Source of the DNA: Candidatus Kapaibacterium sp.
GTDB taxonomy: Bacteria; Bacteroidota; Ignavibacteria; Kapaibacteriales; UBA2268
NCBI GenBank assembly: GCA_965140345.1
Contig: OZ223198.1
Coordinates: forward strand, 327,809-391,808
Length of the DNA stretch: 64,000 bases
Direction of reading: 5' to 3'
The translations under genes and the position numbers were made by a program. Below are positions 1 to 9,712 of the stretch, one piece after another (positions within the stretch are counted from its first letter, which is position 1; each line of letters starts with the position of its first letter). Below the pieces are notes generated by a model that had not been told where the DNA came from, searched no databases, and worked only from the letters and a program-made list of their open reading frames with translations.

Positions 1-1719
1 CCAAATCACTTGATCATAAAAACCAAACTCTGTCCCAAGTAACTTGGCTACTGCTTGCACCTCATTGCTTGATTTCTGGATCTTTATAATTGCCTCATTT
101 AATCCCAATACCTGGCCATAAATATCATAGCCTGAGTGGATTTCATCTAATGAACTCATAGATACTTGTAAATCTTCATAGTCAGTTAGACCCGTAGAAA
201 TTTTACATGTCTCATGAACTCGAACCATATCCGAAGTAAGTGCGGAATATGGAATATCCATCTCATTAACAGAAAGACTATCTTCAAAGTAGTACAACTT
301 AGAACAATCAAAATCAGTCTGACTTGATATAAAATAATTGTTGTTACAGTGTATAATTTTACAATCTTCAGGATCTGGCAAGGTATTAGGCATATTATTA
401 AATACAGGTTCAAATTCAAAGTTTGTATCTGTCAGAGATCCACGATTGGAGAAGATTACTTCTTCAACATCTTCATTGATTGCAGCTTTATTATTCCCAA
501 TAACTTCTTTCTTGTATTCGCCTCCTTCAGCAAGAGCATTAAACTGCTCGATACTATTTAAGAAAAAAGGATTTATAGGTGAATTACTGACATTAGTCTC
601 CCACATTTTAAGATACTTCATTTCAGCATTATAATCAGTAAACTGAAAAATACATTTCATAGCTTTTGCTTCAGTTATTGTACCAATAAAGTCCCAGGCA
701 TTTTTATACTCATAGATAGATGTGTTATTATTGTCCTCAGAATTTATCAAAAAGCCACCCTGCTGAGTATCTTCGAATACAGAGATAAAATTGCCTTGAG
801 CACCAACGTGATAAGCAGCAACAAAATATATTTCATCTGAGTTAAGGTCATGTCCTTTACCTCTATAGTTATTTATAAAGGCCTGTTTTCTATACAAAAT
901 CGAATCCAAAGGAGTGCCGGTAACAGAAAAAGAATAATCTGAGTTACGTAGCCAAATCTTATAATACCCATCTATTATGGAATTTATAACTCTAAATAGG
1001 TCTATTGCTTTTACAAAAACAGCATGTAAATCAAACTTTTTAGTTACCGGATTGAAGTATCCATGGGTTAAGAATCTTCTTAAAAATAGATCTTGATTCT
1101 TCTGATCTTTAACAAAATATGCGAAATCAATTACTCGGTTACTATATTTAACGTAAATTTTGCTTTGACGAATATTCTCAAATACAGCAGTTGATATTTG
1201 TTCCGGAGTTATTTGCGTTGTAATTAGTTTACTAATATGAAGTATTGTGAGCTTGCACCTGCAGGATGAAGAGCTTACTTCATAATTTCTTTCTATGGAT
1301 TCTTTTTGCGCACCAATAAAAATCGTTTTCCATTCGCCACCATCATCTTTACTTTTCAAAATGAAGATATTAGAAGGATACACCATCACTCTGGAAAAAA
1401 TGGCATCATCATCGACACTTGTATCTATACTTGCTTCCAATTTGTAGAAAGGAGTTGCAAGCAAAGCAACCAAATTGTCCGGTAACATCAACAGATCTAA
1501 TTCTAAATCATCAATTGAATCAGCAGAAACGATTCCTAAAGGGATCGGATCTTTAAATTTACTGCTAAGATTACTAACCGAGAGGACACCTTCCTCAGAG
1601 ATTTCTTCGTAAGTAGGAGACGTAAGCTCTGCACCTCCAGCAGGCATGATCTCTAGCCGGAAGTTTTTAAATTGTTCCCGGAATTCTACAAAGTAAATGA
1701 TCGTTCTATCTATTTCCAT
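1..1719 (-). CDS. phage tail protein, 3'-partial (continues past window start); distal-tail/baseplate-like by position
   Basis: Manual translation of the minus strand: ATG at 1719-1717 overlaps the TAA stop of the upstream ORF (TAATG), and the frame stays open to position 1 (>570 codons). It is absent from the ORF track because no stop lies in the window. It sits directly downstream of the tape measure in the tail module. Confidence 0.5.
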   Translation of the reverse strand, partial: MEIDRTIIYFVEFREQFKNFRLEIMPAGGAELTSPTYEEISEEGVLSVSNLSSKFKDPIPLGIVSADSIDDLELDLLMLPDNLVALLATPFYKLEASIDTSVDDDAIFSRVMVYPSNIFILKSKDDGGEWKTIFIGAQKESIERNYEVSSSSCRCKLTILHISKLITTQITPEQISTAVFENIRQSKIYVKYSNRVIDFAYFVKDQKNQDLFLRRFLTHGYFNPVTKKFDLHAVFVKAIDLFRVINSIIDGYYKIWLRNSDYSFSVTGTPLDSILYRKQAFINNYRGKGHDLNSDEIYFVAAYHVGAQGNFISVFEDTQQGGFLINSEDNNNTSIYEYKNAWDFIGTITEAKAMKCIFQFTDYNAEMKYLKMWETNVSNSPINPFFLNSIEQFNALAEGGEYKKEVIGNNKAAINEDVEEVIFSNRGSLTDTNFEFEPVFNNMPNTLPDPEDCKIIHCNNNYFISSQTDFDCSKLYYFEDSLSVNEMDIPYSALTSDMVRVHETCKISTGLTDYEDLQVSMSSLDEIHSGYDIYGQVLGLNEAIIKIQKSSNEVQAVAKLLGTEFGFYDQVIW

Positions 1720-2183
1720 TATCCATTCCAGAGTGTTTTTTTAACAATAGTTAAACTGTATTCGTCCGTTCCTTCCTCAAAATTGGGATTTATAGAATCT
1801 TCAATAACTTCGAAAAGCGTTTTACCGAGAAATTCTTTCCAGATATTATCTGAGCTACCTGCCCTGACAAGATTCGTATCTGAAAACCACAGATATTTTT
1901 TGCTTAGGATGTCATTTTGCAGTCTGAAGTAATCATAATAATCATTGTATTTGTCGCTAGTTTCTACCATGAAAGGCATAAATTGAATTTGCATTTGTAA
2001 CTCTTGACTTCTAGGCCTTGATCGTCCACCTCCAACATTTCTTCTAAGTTCATCAGTATATGAAATGATAGGGAGTATTCCGGTTACTCCCAAATTCATC
2101 ATTGTCTGAGGGTTTTCATCTTGAAAATCTGAGTAGAAATTAGATCCACCTAAACGAATCCATTTAACCATACCAGGTTTCAC
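1719..2183 (-). CDS. hypothetical tail-module protein (154 aa)
   Basis: ORF track. Translationally coupled between the tape measure (stop/start at 2183) and the downstream tail gene. No recognised motif. Confidence 0.4.
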   Translation of the reverse strand: MKPGMVKWIRLGGSNFYSDFQDENPQTMMNLGVTGILPIISYTDELRRNVGGGRSRPRSQELQMQIQFMPFMVETSDKYNDYYDYFRLQNDILSKKYLWFSDTNLVRAGSSDNIWKEFLGKTLFEVIEDSINPNFEEGTDEYSLTIVKKTLWNG

Positions 2184-5100
2184 TACATCCTCCTTAAAGC
2201 TGCTTGCTTAGATTTGTCTATTGTTCCGGTTACTGACCTGTTATCAGCAGTCATTGTTCCGGATACTTGTACATTGATTCTAGTTTTTATATATCCTTTA
2301 AGTCTTTTTGTTTCTTTGATGTTTTCTTTTAGAAGATCTCGAGTTTTTGCATTTTCTTCTTTTAGAATTCTATTTTGTTCTCGTAGTTCAGAAATTACTT
2401 CCTTATCTCGATCATTTACCAAGGATTGTACTATGACATTTTTTTGTAGCTGAACTAACTCATCACTCTCAAATACTGCTTGATGGGATATCTCTTTTGT
2501 AATATCAGTTCTGTATTTGAAAATATAATCTTTAAGTGGAAGATTTGTTCTGTTAAGGACTTCATAATCAGCTTCATTTGTTGAAGTTGATTTGTCATTC
2601 ATTACAAACTCTTCGCCTTCTTCATTAATAGTTATGCGTTTTTGACCTCCAGGAACCTTACCACCTTTTCGGAAACCTAGACTTGATTCAGCAACAGAAA
2701 CTAACCCTAAAACAGTAGCTGTAGCTCCTGCTGCAATGACAGCTCCTAATATTGGATTTTGAGCAAATGCCTTGGCCGTAATTTCTGCGATATAAACCGG
2801 AACGAGTGATTTTAAGGCAGATATAGCTGTTTTGGCAAATGCTTTTTGGAAACTTTCACCATTAGCAATCATGCTGGCAAACATCGTCCCTGTGGTGACA
2901 CCGAAATCAGCGTACATTTCGGACTTTTCTTCTACTCTTGCAATCTCAAGATCATGTTCTTCCTGTTTTAGTTTCGCAAGATCTTCTTCTAAAGTAGACT
3001 TGAGTTTAAAATCCTTTTTAGCTATTGCGGATTCAATTTGTGATTGTTTGCTTTTTAATCTCTGATCAGTTTTTGATTGTCGAGAGGTTAGAGCAATAAG
3101 CTTTTTAGATGAGGCTTTTGCTGCAGCTAAAGATTGTTTTGACGATTCTTCCAAAGCCTTAGCGATTGCTTTGCCTACATTGTTTGAAGACTTAGCTTCT
3201 AAGTCAGCTTTTTCCTTGGCTAATTTTTCTGATTCTTTATTATGCTCAGCTTGAAGTTTTTCAAGGTTTTTGTAATAGTCTTTTACAGAGATTTCTTTTG
3301 ATTTTAGTTGATCACGAAGAGCATCCCTTTCTTTCTCAAAATTGGAAAGAGAAGCTTTCAGCTGGTCATCTTTTTCTTGTATGGCTTCAGTTTCTGAATT
3401 AGACTGAGAAAAATCAAATTGTAGTGCAGATGTAAAAATGCTAGTATTACGATACAACCTACTGGTATTTAGTAGATACTTTTTGTCTGCTTCTTCTTTT
3501 GCAAGCTGCAACTCTTCAAAAGCTTGGAACTCAAGTGCATAATTACCTCTAGCTTGATTCAGTCTATCTTCAAAGATTTTCTCTGCATTAAATAATGCTA
3601 GCTGCCTTTCTCTTTCAGCAAAATCATTGATAGATTTAATGTCTTCTTCTCGAAGTTTTTTCTTTAAATCAGAACTAATTTGTACGAGTTCTAACTCCAA
3701 ATTTTGAAGCTCAATCTTTAATTCTGCAATTCGTTTCGGATCTGACTTTGCACCTAATGCAATTTCAGTATTAAGCTCTTCTGTTAAAGTAGTTATCTGC
3801 GACTCAACTGTATTTAAGTCATATTTTAGCTTATCTGACTCAGCTTTTAGTCCAATAGAGATCTTATATTCCAATTCAGTTTTTTCCATCTGCTGATAAA
3901 TCTTCTCAGCTTCCTTTCTAGCCTGATCCTCATCTAGTTTTAGCTGAACTTTGGTTTTGAGTTCTACAAGTTGAGCCTCTTTCAATTTATTTGAATACTC
4001 TGCTACTACTTTTTGAGCTTCTTCGTAGTCCTTTTTTGTATTTGCAGATACTTTACCTTTTCTACTCTCGATATCATACTGTTTTTTAGCAATGCTGTAC
4101 AGCTCTTGGTAAGCCTTCAATTGTCTTTCTGCTTCAACAGAAGCTTTAGTAACTTCCTCAACCTTATCTTCCTGGACTTCAATTTCAGTTTTGAGTCTTC
4201 CCAGTTTTAGTATCGCTAGCTCTTCATCCAATTTTGCTTCTTTATTAGCTTCCTCAGCTATTTGGTTGTTTAACTCAAATCGTTTTTTTGCAATTGCATA
4301 TTCTGATTCTTTTGATTCTTTCTTAACTTTTGCTTTCTTTTCTTCTTGTTTAATCTCAACAGCAGTAAGGTCAATACCGGATTTCTTAAGATCATGAATA
4401 CTTTGATTTACAATTTTAGCTTCGTCATTTGCAACTTTTAGTTGTTTTTGAGCTTCATTTACTTGTTTTGTATATTCCGCCTCGTCAATTATTCCTTTGT
4501 TATAATCCAACTGAGCCTTGAGAGCTTTCTCCTTGGCTTCTTTTTGAAGAGAACCTATAGAACTTAATGTATCTCCCCAGTTTTTAGCAGCTGCATCTGT
4601 TTTTTTGGTTTCCTCAGTAATTTTCTGCTGTTCATTCTTTATTTCTGTAGCTTTTGTTCTAGCAACTCCATATTTGTCAGCTAGTTTGTCCAATGTTTCC
4701 TGACTTATTTCTCCTTTTTTACTAATCTCCTCAAGTTCTTTGGCTAGTAGCATTTTCTTTGCTTCATCCGAAGTGATATTCAACTGTTTAGCAATTTTGG
4801 ATATTGCTTTTTCTGTTAGTAAACCTGCTTTACCTCCTTTTTCAAAAGAATCTACTAGAGCTTGTTTATTCGCATTAACTGCAGAAATTTCTTCTTGGTA
4901 TTTATCAATAAGCTTTTGTTTTATTTCCGGATCATTCGCTTTGTTAATTCGTGTCTTTAAATCATCCAGATGATCTTTTTGCTTATCAATTATTCGAACT
5001 TGTTCTTCTAGCGATTTAGAATATATCTTTGCCTGTTCTGCTAATTCCGAACCTGATTTATTAGCGTTAGCAAATTCTTTAGCTTTATTTATATTGATGT

Positions 5101-5827
5101 CATATACCTGTTTGAGATTACCCATTGAGTCTACAACAGTTTTGAAATTTTGTCGTGTCTCGGGCGCAATGTTCCCGATAGATGCAGCAGTTTGTTGTGC
5201 TTGTGTTTCTAATTGTTTGAGTTCCTTTTGCTCATCGGAAGTTAAACCTTCTTTTGTATTTTTCGATTGCAGAACAGATATTTTAGTTTGCAAGTCTTCA
5301 TAAGAGGATAAGTATTCTTTAAAGGATTCTTCTTTATCTATCCGAACTTTAACTTCCATTCCTTTTTCTAATGATTCAGTTAGTTTTTTACCTTCATCTT
5401 CAAAATTAGCAGCTGCAATTTCACTAGCAAATTTATCGTTAAATGCATCTGCTGCACCTTCACCTACATTCCCGAAACTTTCCATAGCTCCGCTAAAGTC
5501 TAAAGTTAGAAGTTTACCAATACCCTCAATTGCCGGTACTATGAAAGTTTTAATTGACTCATAAACTGCCGTAGCTCCAGAAGATATTACTTTCCAAGCC
5601 TTATTAAAAGCTTCACGAACAGGCTCTACATTTTGATAAAGAAGATACATTGCAGTGGCAATTCCAGCGACTCCCAAAGCTATCCAACCAAGCGGTGAAG
5701 CAAGAAATACTGCATTAAGAGCTGTTTGCGCTGCTGTTAATGCACCGGTTGCCAGCGTTGTTGCTCCGGTAGATAAAGCAACAACTTTTTGTGTTACTGA
5801 TTGTCTTAAATTTGCTAAAGAAAGTGC
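2183..5827 (-). CDS. tail tape measure protein, C-terminal portion (gene split by IS insertion)
   Basis: The ORF track gives a 1164-aa ORF from a TTG at 5677. The same frame is open up to 5854, and native phage sequence resumes at 5827, the IS boundary. The protein is very long, Lys/Glu-rich and coiled-coil, with a hydrophobic Gly/Ala-rich segment near its N end and a C-terminal region after the coiled coil. These are typical TMP features. Confidence 0.7.
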   Translation of the reverse strand, partial: ALSLANLRQSVTQKVVALSTGATTLATGALTAAQTALNAVFLASPLGWIALGVAGIATAMYLLYQNVEPVREAFNKAWKVISSGATAVYESIKTFIVPAIEGIGKLLTLDFSGAMESFGNVGEGAADAFNDKFASEIAAANFEDEGKKLTESLEKGMEVKVRIDKEESFKEYLSSYEDLQTKISVLQSKNTKEGLTSDEQKELKQLETQAQQTAASIGNIAPETRQNFKTVVDSMGNLKQVYDININKAKEFANANKSGSELAEQAKIYSKSLEEQVRIIDKQKDHLDDLKTRINKANDPEIKQKLIDKYQEEISAVNANKQALVDSFEKGGKAGLLTEKAISKIAKQLNITSDEAKKMLLAKELEEISKKGEISQETLDKLADKYGVARTKATEIKNEQQKITEETKKTDAAAKNWGDTLSSIGSLQKEAKEKALKAQLDYNKGIIDEAEYTKQVNEAQKQLKVANDEAKIVNQSIHDLKKSGIDLTAVEIKQEEKKAKVKKESKESEYAIAKKRFELNNQIAEEANKEAKLDEELAILKLGRLKTEIEVQEDKVEEVTKASVEAERQLKAYQELYSIAKKQYDIESRKGKVSANTKKDYEEAQKVVAEYSNKLKEAQLVELKTKVQLKLDEDQARKEAEKIYQQMEKTELEYKISIGLKAESDKLKYDLNTVESQITTLTEELNTEIALGAKSDPKRIAELKIELQNLELELVQISSDLKKKLREEDIKSINDFAERERQLALFNAEKIFEDRLNQARGNYALEFQAFEELQLAKEEADKKYLLNTSRLYRNTSIFTSALQFDFSQSNSETEAIQEKDDQLKASLSNFEKERDALRDQLKSKEISVKDYYKNLEKLQAEHNKESEKLAKEKADLEAKSSNNVGKAIAKALEESSKQSLAAAKASSKKLIALTSRQSKTDQRLKSKQSQIESAIAKKDFKLKSTLEEDLAKLKQEEHDLEIARVEEKSEMYADFGVTTGTMFASMIANGESFQKAFAKTAISALKSLVPVYIAEITAKAFAQNPILGAVIAAGATATVLGLVSVAESSLGFRKGGKVPGGQKRITINEEGEEFVMNDKSTSTNEADYEVLNRTNLPLKDYIFKYRTDITKEISHQAVFESDELVQLQKNVIVQSLVNDRDKEVISELREQNRILKEENAKTRDLLKENIKETKRLKGYIKTRINVQVSGTMTADNRSVTGTIDKSKQAALRRM
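5820..5827. repeat. target-site duplication GAAAGTGC (left copy) of the IS256-family element
   Basis: The identical 8-mer is found at 5820-5827 and 7346-7353, immediately outside the imperfect terminal inverted repeats. Confidence 0.6.
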
Positions 5828-7345
5828 GGCAGTGTAAAATAAACTCTGTCTGTTCTATTTCTATAGAAGAAAATTCTAGGATGTGATTGTTAAAGATACA
5901 AATTTTTTAAATCACATCCTTATTTTTTACATTCCTTATAGGCGCATTTTGCCCCACACTTCGGCAATTGCTCTTTTTTGAAGATATTCCTCGATTTTAG
6001 GCATAGACAAACAGTCCAAATTTTTTGCGTAACAAAGTGTGCTAAAAATTTGGGTGTGTAGTCGCTCCAATTTAAATATCTAAGTGTAACCTATCAGAGC
6101 CGAAGTGTATTGCCAGCTGCTGAATAATCAAGCCCCAGTTCTGCATTGGCTGAGTCCACTTTTTACTGATTTCCTGAGTGGCCAAATAAGCTAACTTCAT
6201 TAGTGCCATTTCACTTGTAAAAGCTCCTTTAGTTTTTGTCACCTTCCGAACCTGCCTGTGGTAGCCTTCTACTGTATTGGTGGTATATATTATTTTTCTG
6301 ATATAGGGTGAATATTGAAAATATGTCGATAATTTTTCCCAGTTATTTTGCCATGATTTTATCACTATTGGATATTTATTACCCCATTTAGTAGCTAAGT
6401 TTTCTAATTCCATTTCTGCGACTGCCTTGGTTTCAGCCTTATAGACGAGCTTTAAATCACTCATAAAGGATTTTTGTTCTTTACTTGCTACATATTTTAT
6501 TGAGTTACGTATTTGATGAATAATGCACGTTTGTACTTCACATGCTGGGTAAACACTGTTGATCGCTTCTGCAAATCCTTTCAGATTATCGATTGCGGCT
6601 ATTAAAATGTCCTCAACTCCTCGGTTTTGAAGCTCAGTTAATACCGATAACCAAAAATTTGCTCCTTCACTTTCGGAAAAATATAAACCTAAGATTTCCT
6701 TACGACCTGTCTTATTTATACCCAAAACGGTATATATAGCTTTGCTTTGAATCCGACCGTTATCTTTAACTTTGAAGTGCATCGCATCCATAAATACGAT
6801 TGGATATACCGACTCTAATGGACGATTTTGCCATTGATGAATATCCGGTATTACTTTATCTGTGATTTGAGATAAGGTAGCTGCTGATACATTCATGCCA
6901 TACATTTCTTCGATATACTCAGAAATATCGCGTAAACTTAGCCCCTTGCCATACAGTGCTATTATTTTATTACTGAGACTATCTAAAAGCACTCTTTCAC
7001 GCTTTTTGACTATCTGAGGCTCGAAAGTTGAATTGCGGTCTTGCGGAGTTTTTATCTCTACAGGACCATGATTAGTTTTAAGCGTTTTTTTGCCTTTACC
7101 ATTACGCTTATTCTTTTTTTGAGGTTGATCCTCTGAAAGATGCTCACTCATTTCTGCTTCGAGTGCGGCTTCTAAGAATTGCTGCAGTAAAGGGGCAAAT
7201 GCACCATCTTTGCCTAATAGTGATTTGCCCTCTTTAAATTGCTTAATCGCTTTGTCTTGAATCGATTTGTAATCTTGTTCGTTCATTGCTCTGTCCTTTT
7301 ATTTATTATTATAACTCTAATGGACAGAGTTTAGTTTACAGTCTC
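5828..7345 (-). mobile_element. IS256-family insertion sequence (about 1.5 kb) inserted in the tape-measure gene
   Basis: A Mutator/IS256-type transposase ORF lies inside. Imperfect ~23-bp terminal inverted repeats are present (5828-5850 versus the reverse complement of 7323-7345; 19/23 identical, core AAACTCTGTC). An 8-bp direct repeat GAAAGTGC flanks the element. Removing the element plus one repeat copy rejoins the two TMP fragments in the same codon phase. Confidence 0.75.
6072..7286 (-). CDS. IS256-family (Mutator-type) transposase
   Basis: The 404-aa ORF carries the motif LYGKGLSLRDISEYIEEMYG plus DAMHFKV and CIIHQIRN-like segments characteristic of IS256/Mutator transposases. It sits between inverted repeats. 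Confidence 0.85.
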   Translation of the reverse strand: MNEQDYKSIQDKAIKQFKEGKSLLGKDGAFAPLLQQFLEAALEAEMSEHLSEDQPQKKNKRNGKGKKTLKTNHGPVEIKTPQDRNSTFEPQIVKKRERVLLDSLSNKIIALYGKGLSLRDISEYIEEMYGMNVSAATLSQITDKVIPDIHQWQNRPLESVYPIVFMDAMHFKVKDNGRIQSKAIYTVLGINKTGRKEILGLYFSESEGANFWLSVLTELQNRGVEDILIAAIDNLKGFAEAINSVYPACEVQTCIIHQIRNSIKYVASKEQKSFMSDLKLVYKAETKAVAEMELENLATKWGNKYPIVIKSWQNNWEKLSTYFQYSPYIRKIIYTTNTVEGYHRQVRKVTKTKGAFTSEMALMKLAYLATQEISKKWTQPMQNWGLIIQQLAIHFGSDRLHLDI

Positions 7346-8886
7346 GAAAGTGCAGAGGTATTTAATATTGCCTTTTTAGTTTGAATATCGTGAGTAACTA
7401 ATCCAGGTACTAAGAAGTTTACAATCATAGAAGCATATTGTTTGACATTCCCTATTGCTCCATCAGGGATAATACTGCCAAGCCCTGCGAATGTCATTGC
7501 TAACGGTGCAATTTGATTGGCCGCACCTAGCAAGATAGTAACTCCATCTCCAACAGCTCCGAAAGCTTTGAATGCTACTGCTTCTATCTTATTCATGATG
7601 CCTTGTATTTGTACTCCAATCCCAGTATTTGCAACATCAAATGCTCTTTGTGTAGAACCTGCAGCATCAGTTAAGTATGTTGCAAGAATATCTGCATACC
7701 CTTTTGCATTTTCTCCGGACAAAGCAAGTACTGCATTGGCTGCTTCTACAGATCCAAATACTTGTGTAGCACTTTGTCCTGCATTAGCCATTGCAATACC
7801 AATCTTTTCTAGAGATACCTGGAAGCCTTCTTCTTTAATTGATTTGAGTGATACACCAGCTTTCTTCATAACATTAGCTAGCGTCTCACCTGGTTTTGAC
7901 AACTCAACCATAGCTTGACGAATCTGGGTTGTAGCCTGAGCTGTTGGGATACCCTGCTTAGTCATCGTGGCGATTGCAGCGGTTACTTCTTCAAAAGGTA
8001 TCTTCATACTAGCTGCTGTTGGTATTACATTCGCTAGTGAAGAGTTTAATTCCGGTATTGTAGTGACACCTTTATTCACAGTGTTAAATAGAATATCACT
8101 GTATTTTGATGCATTCTCAAAACTATCCCCGTAGGCCGAGATGTTGGCAGACAAAGATTTTACTGCGGAATTAGTATCTGTAAGACCGGCAACAGCAAGT
8201 TTAGATGAAGTCTCAATAAACTTCATACCACCTGCTACATCGGCAATACCATTGCTGTCAACATTGATTGCGCCTGCACTAATTGCATTGTAGACCGCCT
8301 CTGTAACACCTGCTACAGTATCCGGAACATCAGCAGCAAGCTCAATGGCTTTGCTTCTGAAGTCTTCAAAATTCTTTACACCAAGAGTCCCGATCTTTTT
8401 GAGCTGTTTGTCAAACTCTCTATATGGTCCGAGAAACTGCTCAAAGGCTCCGGTTACTAATTGAATAGATTGTACAATTTGATTGAAAGCAAAGGCTTTT
8501 TGTAAACCTTGAGCTGCAATTCCTGCACCTTTTATAGAGCCTTCAAAGTTTTTGGTGTCCTTTGTTGTCTCTGCCATTGCTTTTTTTAACTGCTGAAGAG
8601 TTTTTGCTTGTGTTCCTAACGACTCTTTAGCATTTGCATAAGCGGTTTCCTGCTCTTTTGTAAGAGCAGTCCCCACTTTCATTAGGTTATTTATGTCCTT
8701 GACGGTTTTAAGGTTTGTATTGTAGTCGTTCTTTAGTTGACTGTAATATTTTGTAGCTTCTGCTAGAGATTTTATATCTACATTTACAGCTCCTTTTGTT
8801 CCCTTCGCTATTTGATCAGTAATCGCCTTAAATTTAGATGCGTCAAAGACAGGATTCAACTTAAAGTTGATCGAGAAGCCGCTCAT
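7336..8886 (-). CDS. tail tape measure protein, N-terminal fragment (truncated by IS; its stop codon lies in the IS terminal repeat)
   Basis: The 516-aa ORF is Ala/Gly-rich and resembles TP901-type TMP N-terminal regions. The last two codons and the TAA (7336-7338) are IS sequence. The position before the large coiled-coil ORF is consistent with a single original TMP of roughly 1700 aa. Confidence 0.7.
   Translation of the reverse strand: MSGFSINFKLNPVFDASKFKAITDQIAKGTKGAVNVDIKSLAEATKYYSQLKNDYNTNLKTVKDINNLMKVGTALTKEQETAYANAKESLGTQAKTLQQLKKAMAETTKDTKNFEGSIKGAGIAAQGLQKAFAFNQIVQSIQLVTGAFEQFLGPYREFDKQLKKIGTLGVKNFEDFRSKAIELAADVPDTVAGVTEAVYNAISAGAINVDSNGIADVAGGMKFIETSSKLAVAGLTDTNSAVKSLSANISAYGDSFENASKYSDILFNTVNKGVTTIPELNSSLANVIPTAASMKIPFEEVTAAIATMTKQGIPTAQATTQIRQAMVELSKPGETLANVMKKAGVSLKSIKEEGFQVSLEKIGIAMANAGQSATQVFGSVEAANAVLALSGENAKGYADILATYLTDAAGSTQRAFDVANTGIGVQIQGIMNKIEAVAFKAFGAVGDGVTILLGAANQIAPLAMTFAGLGSIIPDGAIGNVKQYASMIVNFLVPGLVTHDIQTKKAILNTSALSRL
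7346..7353. repeat. target-site duplication GAAAGTGC (right copy)
   Basis: Exact 8-bp repeat of 5820-5827 abutting the IS right end. Confidence 0.6.
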
Positions 8887-8893
8887 TTTATTC

Positions 8894-9262
8894 CTACCAG
8901 TTAGCTGCCCTGTCCATTACTATTTGTTCCCACACCCTAACTAAAGAACATTCTTTATAAAACCTGTCCTGTAACTCTGAATCTCCTTTTGCAGCTATAT
9001 AGCATAGCATCTTGTATCTATATTCTGCTTCCTCTGATTTAGTATAACCATGTTCTTCAGTAGGGATTAAATTCCATATATTCCAATATACTTTTTCTTC
9101 TTCTTCCGTTCCAGTTTCATTCTTTCTCGATTTAACTAGCATGGCCGGTGTCTCCAACAACCATGCTATTTTATCATCTTCCGATTTTATAGTAGCTTCG
9201 AAAGGTGTTGTTTGTTTCAGTAATTGTATTGAAGTCAACATTACTCCAAAACTCACCGTCAA
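8894..9262 (-). CDS. putative tail assembly chaperone, downstream ORF (T-like)
   Basis: 122-aa ORF immediately upstream of the TMP. Its frame is open from 9313 and overlaps the preceding ORF by 89-139 nt. Confidence 0.45.
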   Translation of the reverse strand: MTVSFGVMLTSIQLLKQTTPFEATIKSEDDKIAWLLETPAMLVKSRKNETGTEEEEKVYWNIWNLIPTEEHGYTKSEEAEYRYKMLCYIAAKGDSELQDRFYKECSLVRVWEQIVMDRAANW

Positions 9263-9704
9263 AAGCTTGATTATAAAGATCTTTATCTTCTTCTGAAAGT
9301 TTACGAGTATCTGTTATAAGTTTGAACATCCTGATGTTTGATTCTTCCGCAAACTTCCAACTCATCTCTTCCACTTTTGCATTAGATTCATATTCTTCGT
9401 CACTTATACCTGCGAGTTTTTCACTTAAGAAAAGTTCTTTTTTAGAAGCTAGTTCCTCATCAGTTATGTCAGGATTTAATTCAACTTGAGATTCCATATA
9501 GTCAGCCACCTCAGTATCCCATCCGGAATGGTCTGTAATCATATCCTTAGTTTTCTCATGTAACTCTTTAAGAGCTTTTTGGGAATTAAGAGAATGATTG
9601 ATGATTCTTGTTCGAAGTAATGGAGTTAGGAACTTCAAACGAAGTTCCATTGTTTTTGTATCTCCATTGTTATCATAATAATTTAAGCTTACTTTGTTGT
9701 CCAT
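9174..9704 (-). CDS. putative tail assembly chaperone (G-like), acidic
   Basis: 176-aa acidic protein between the major tail protein and the TMP, overlapping the next ORF. The layout is syntenic with the G/GT chaperone pair. Confidence 0.5.
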   Translation of the reverse strand: MDNKVSLNYYDNNGDTKTMELRLKFLTPLLRTRIINHSLNSQKALKELHEKTKDMITDHSGWDTEVADYMESQVELNPDITDEELASKKELFLSEKLAGISDEEYESNAKVEEMSWKFAEESNIRMFKLITDTRKLSEEDKDLYNQAFDGEFWSNVDFNTITETNNTFRSYYKIGR

Positions 9705-9712
9705 TTCCTACC

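Noticed and set aside
186-634. Three short ORFs at the window start
   Set aside because: They overlap the long minus-strand partial tail gene (1..1719) whose frame is open throughout. Their composition is hydrophobic and low-complexity.
2214-5303. Multiple 65-95-aa plus-strand ORFs inside the tape-measure gene
   Set aside because: They are antisense to a strongly biased coiled-coil coding region. None has independent support.
5655-5837. 60-aa plus-strand ORF
   Set aside because: It is antisense to the TMP C-terminal fragment and runs across the IS left boundary. Its Ala-rich composition is typical of antisense-frame artefacts.
7517-7918. 133-aa plus-strand ORF
   Set aside because: It is antisense to the Ala/Gly-rich TMP N-terminal fragment, a spurious mirror frame.
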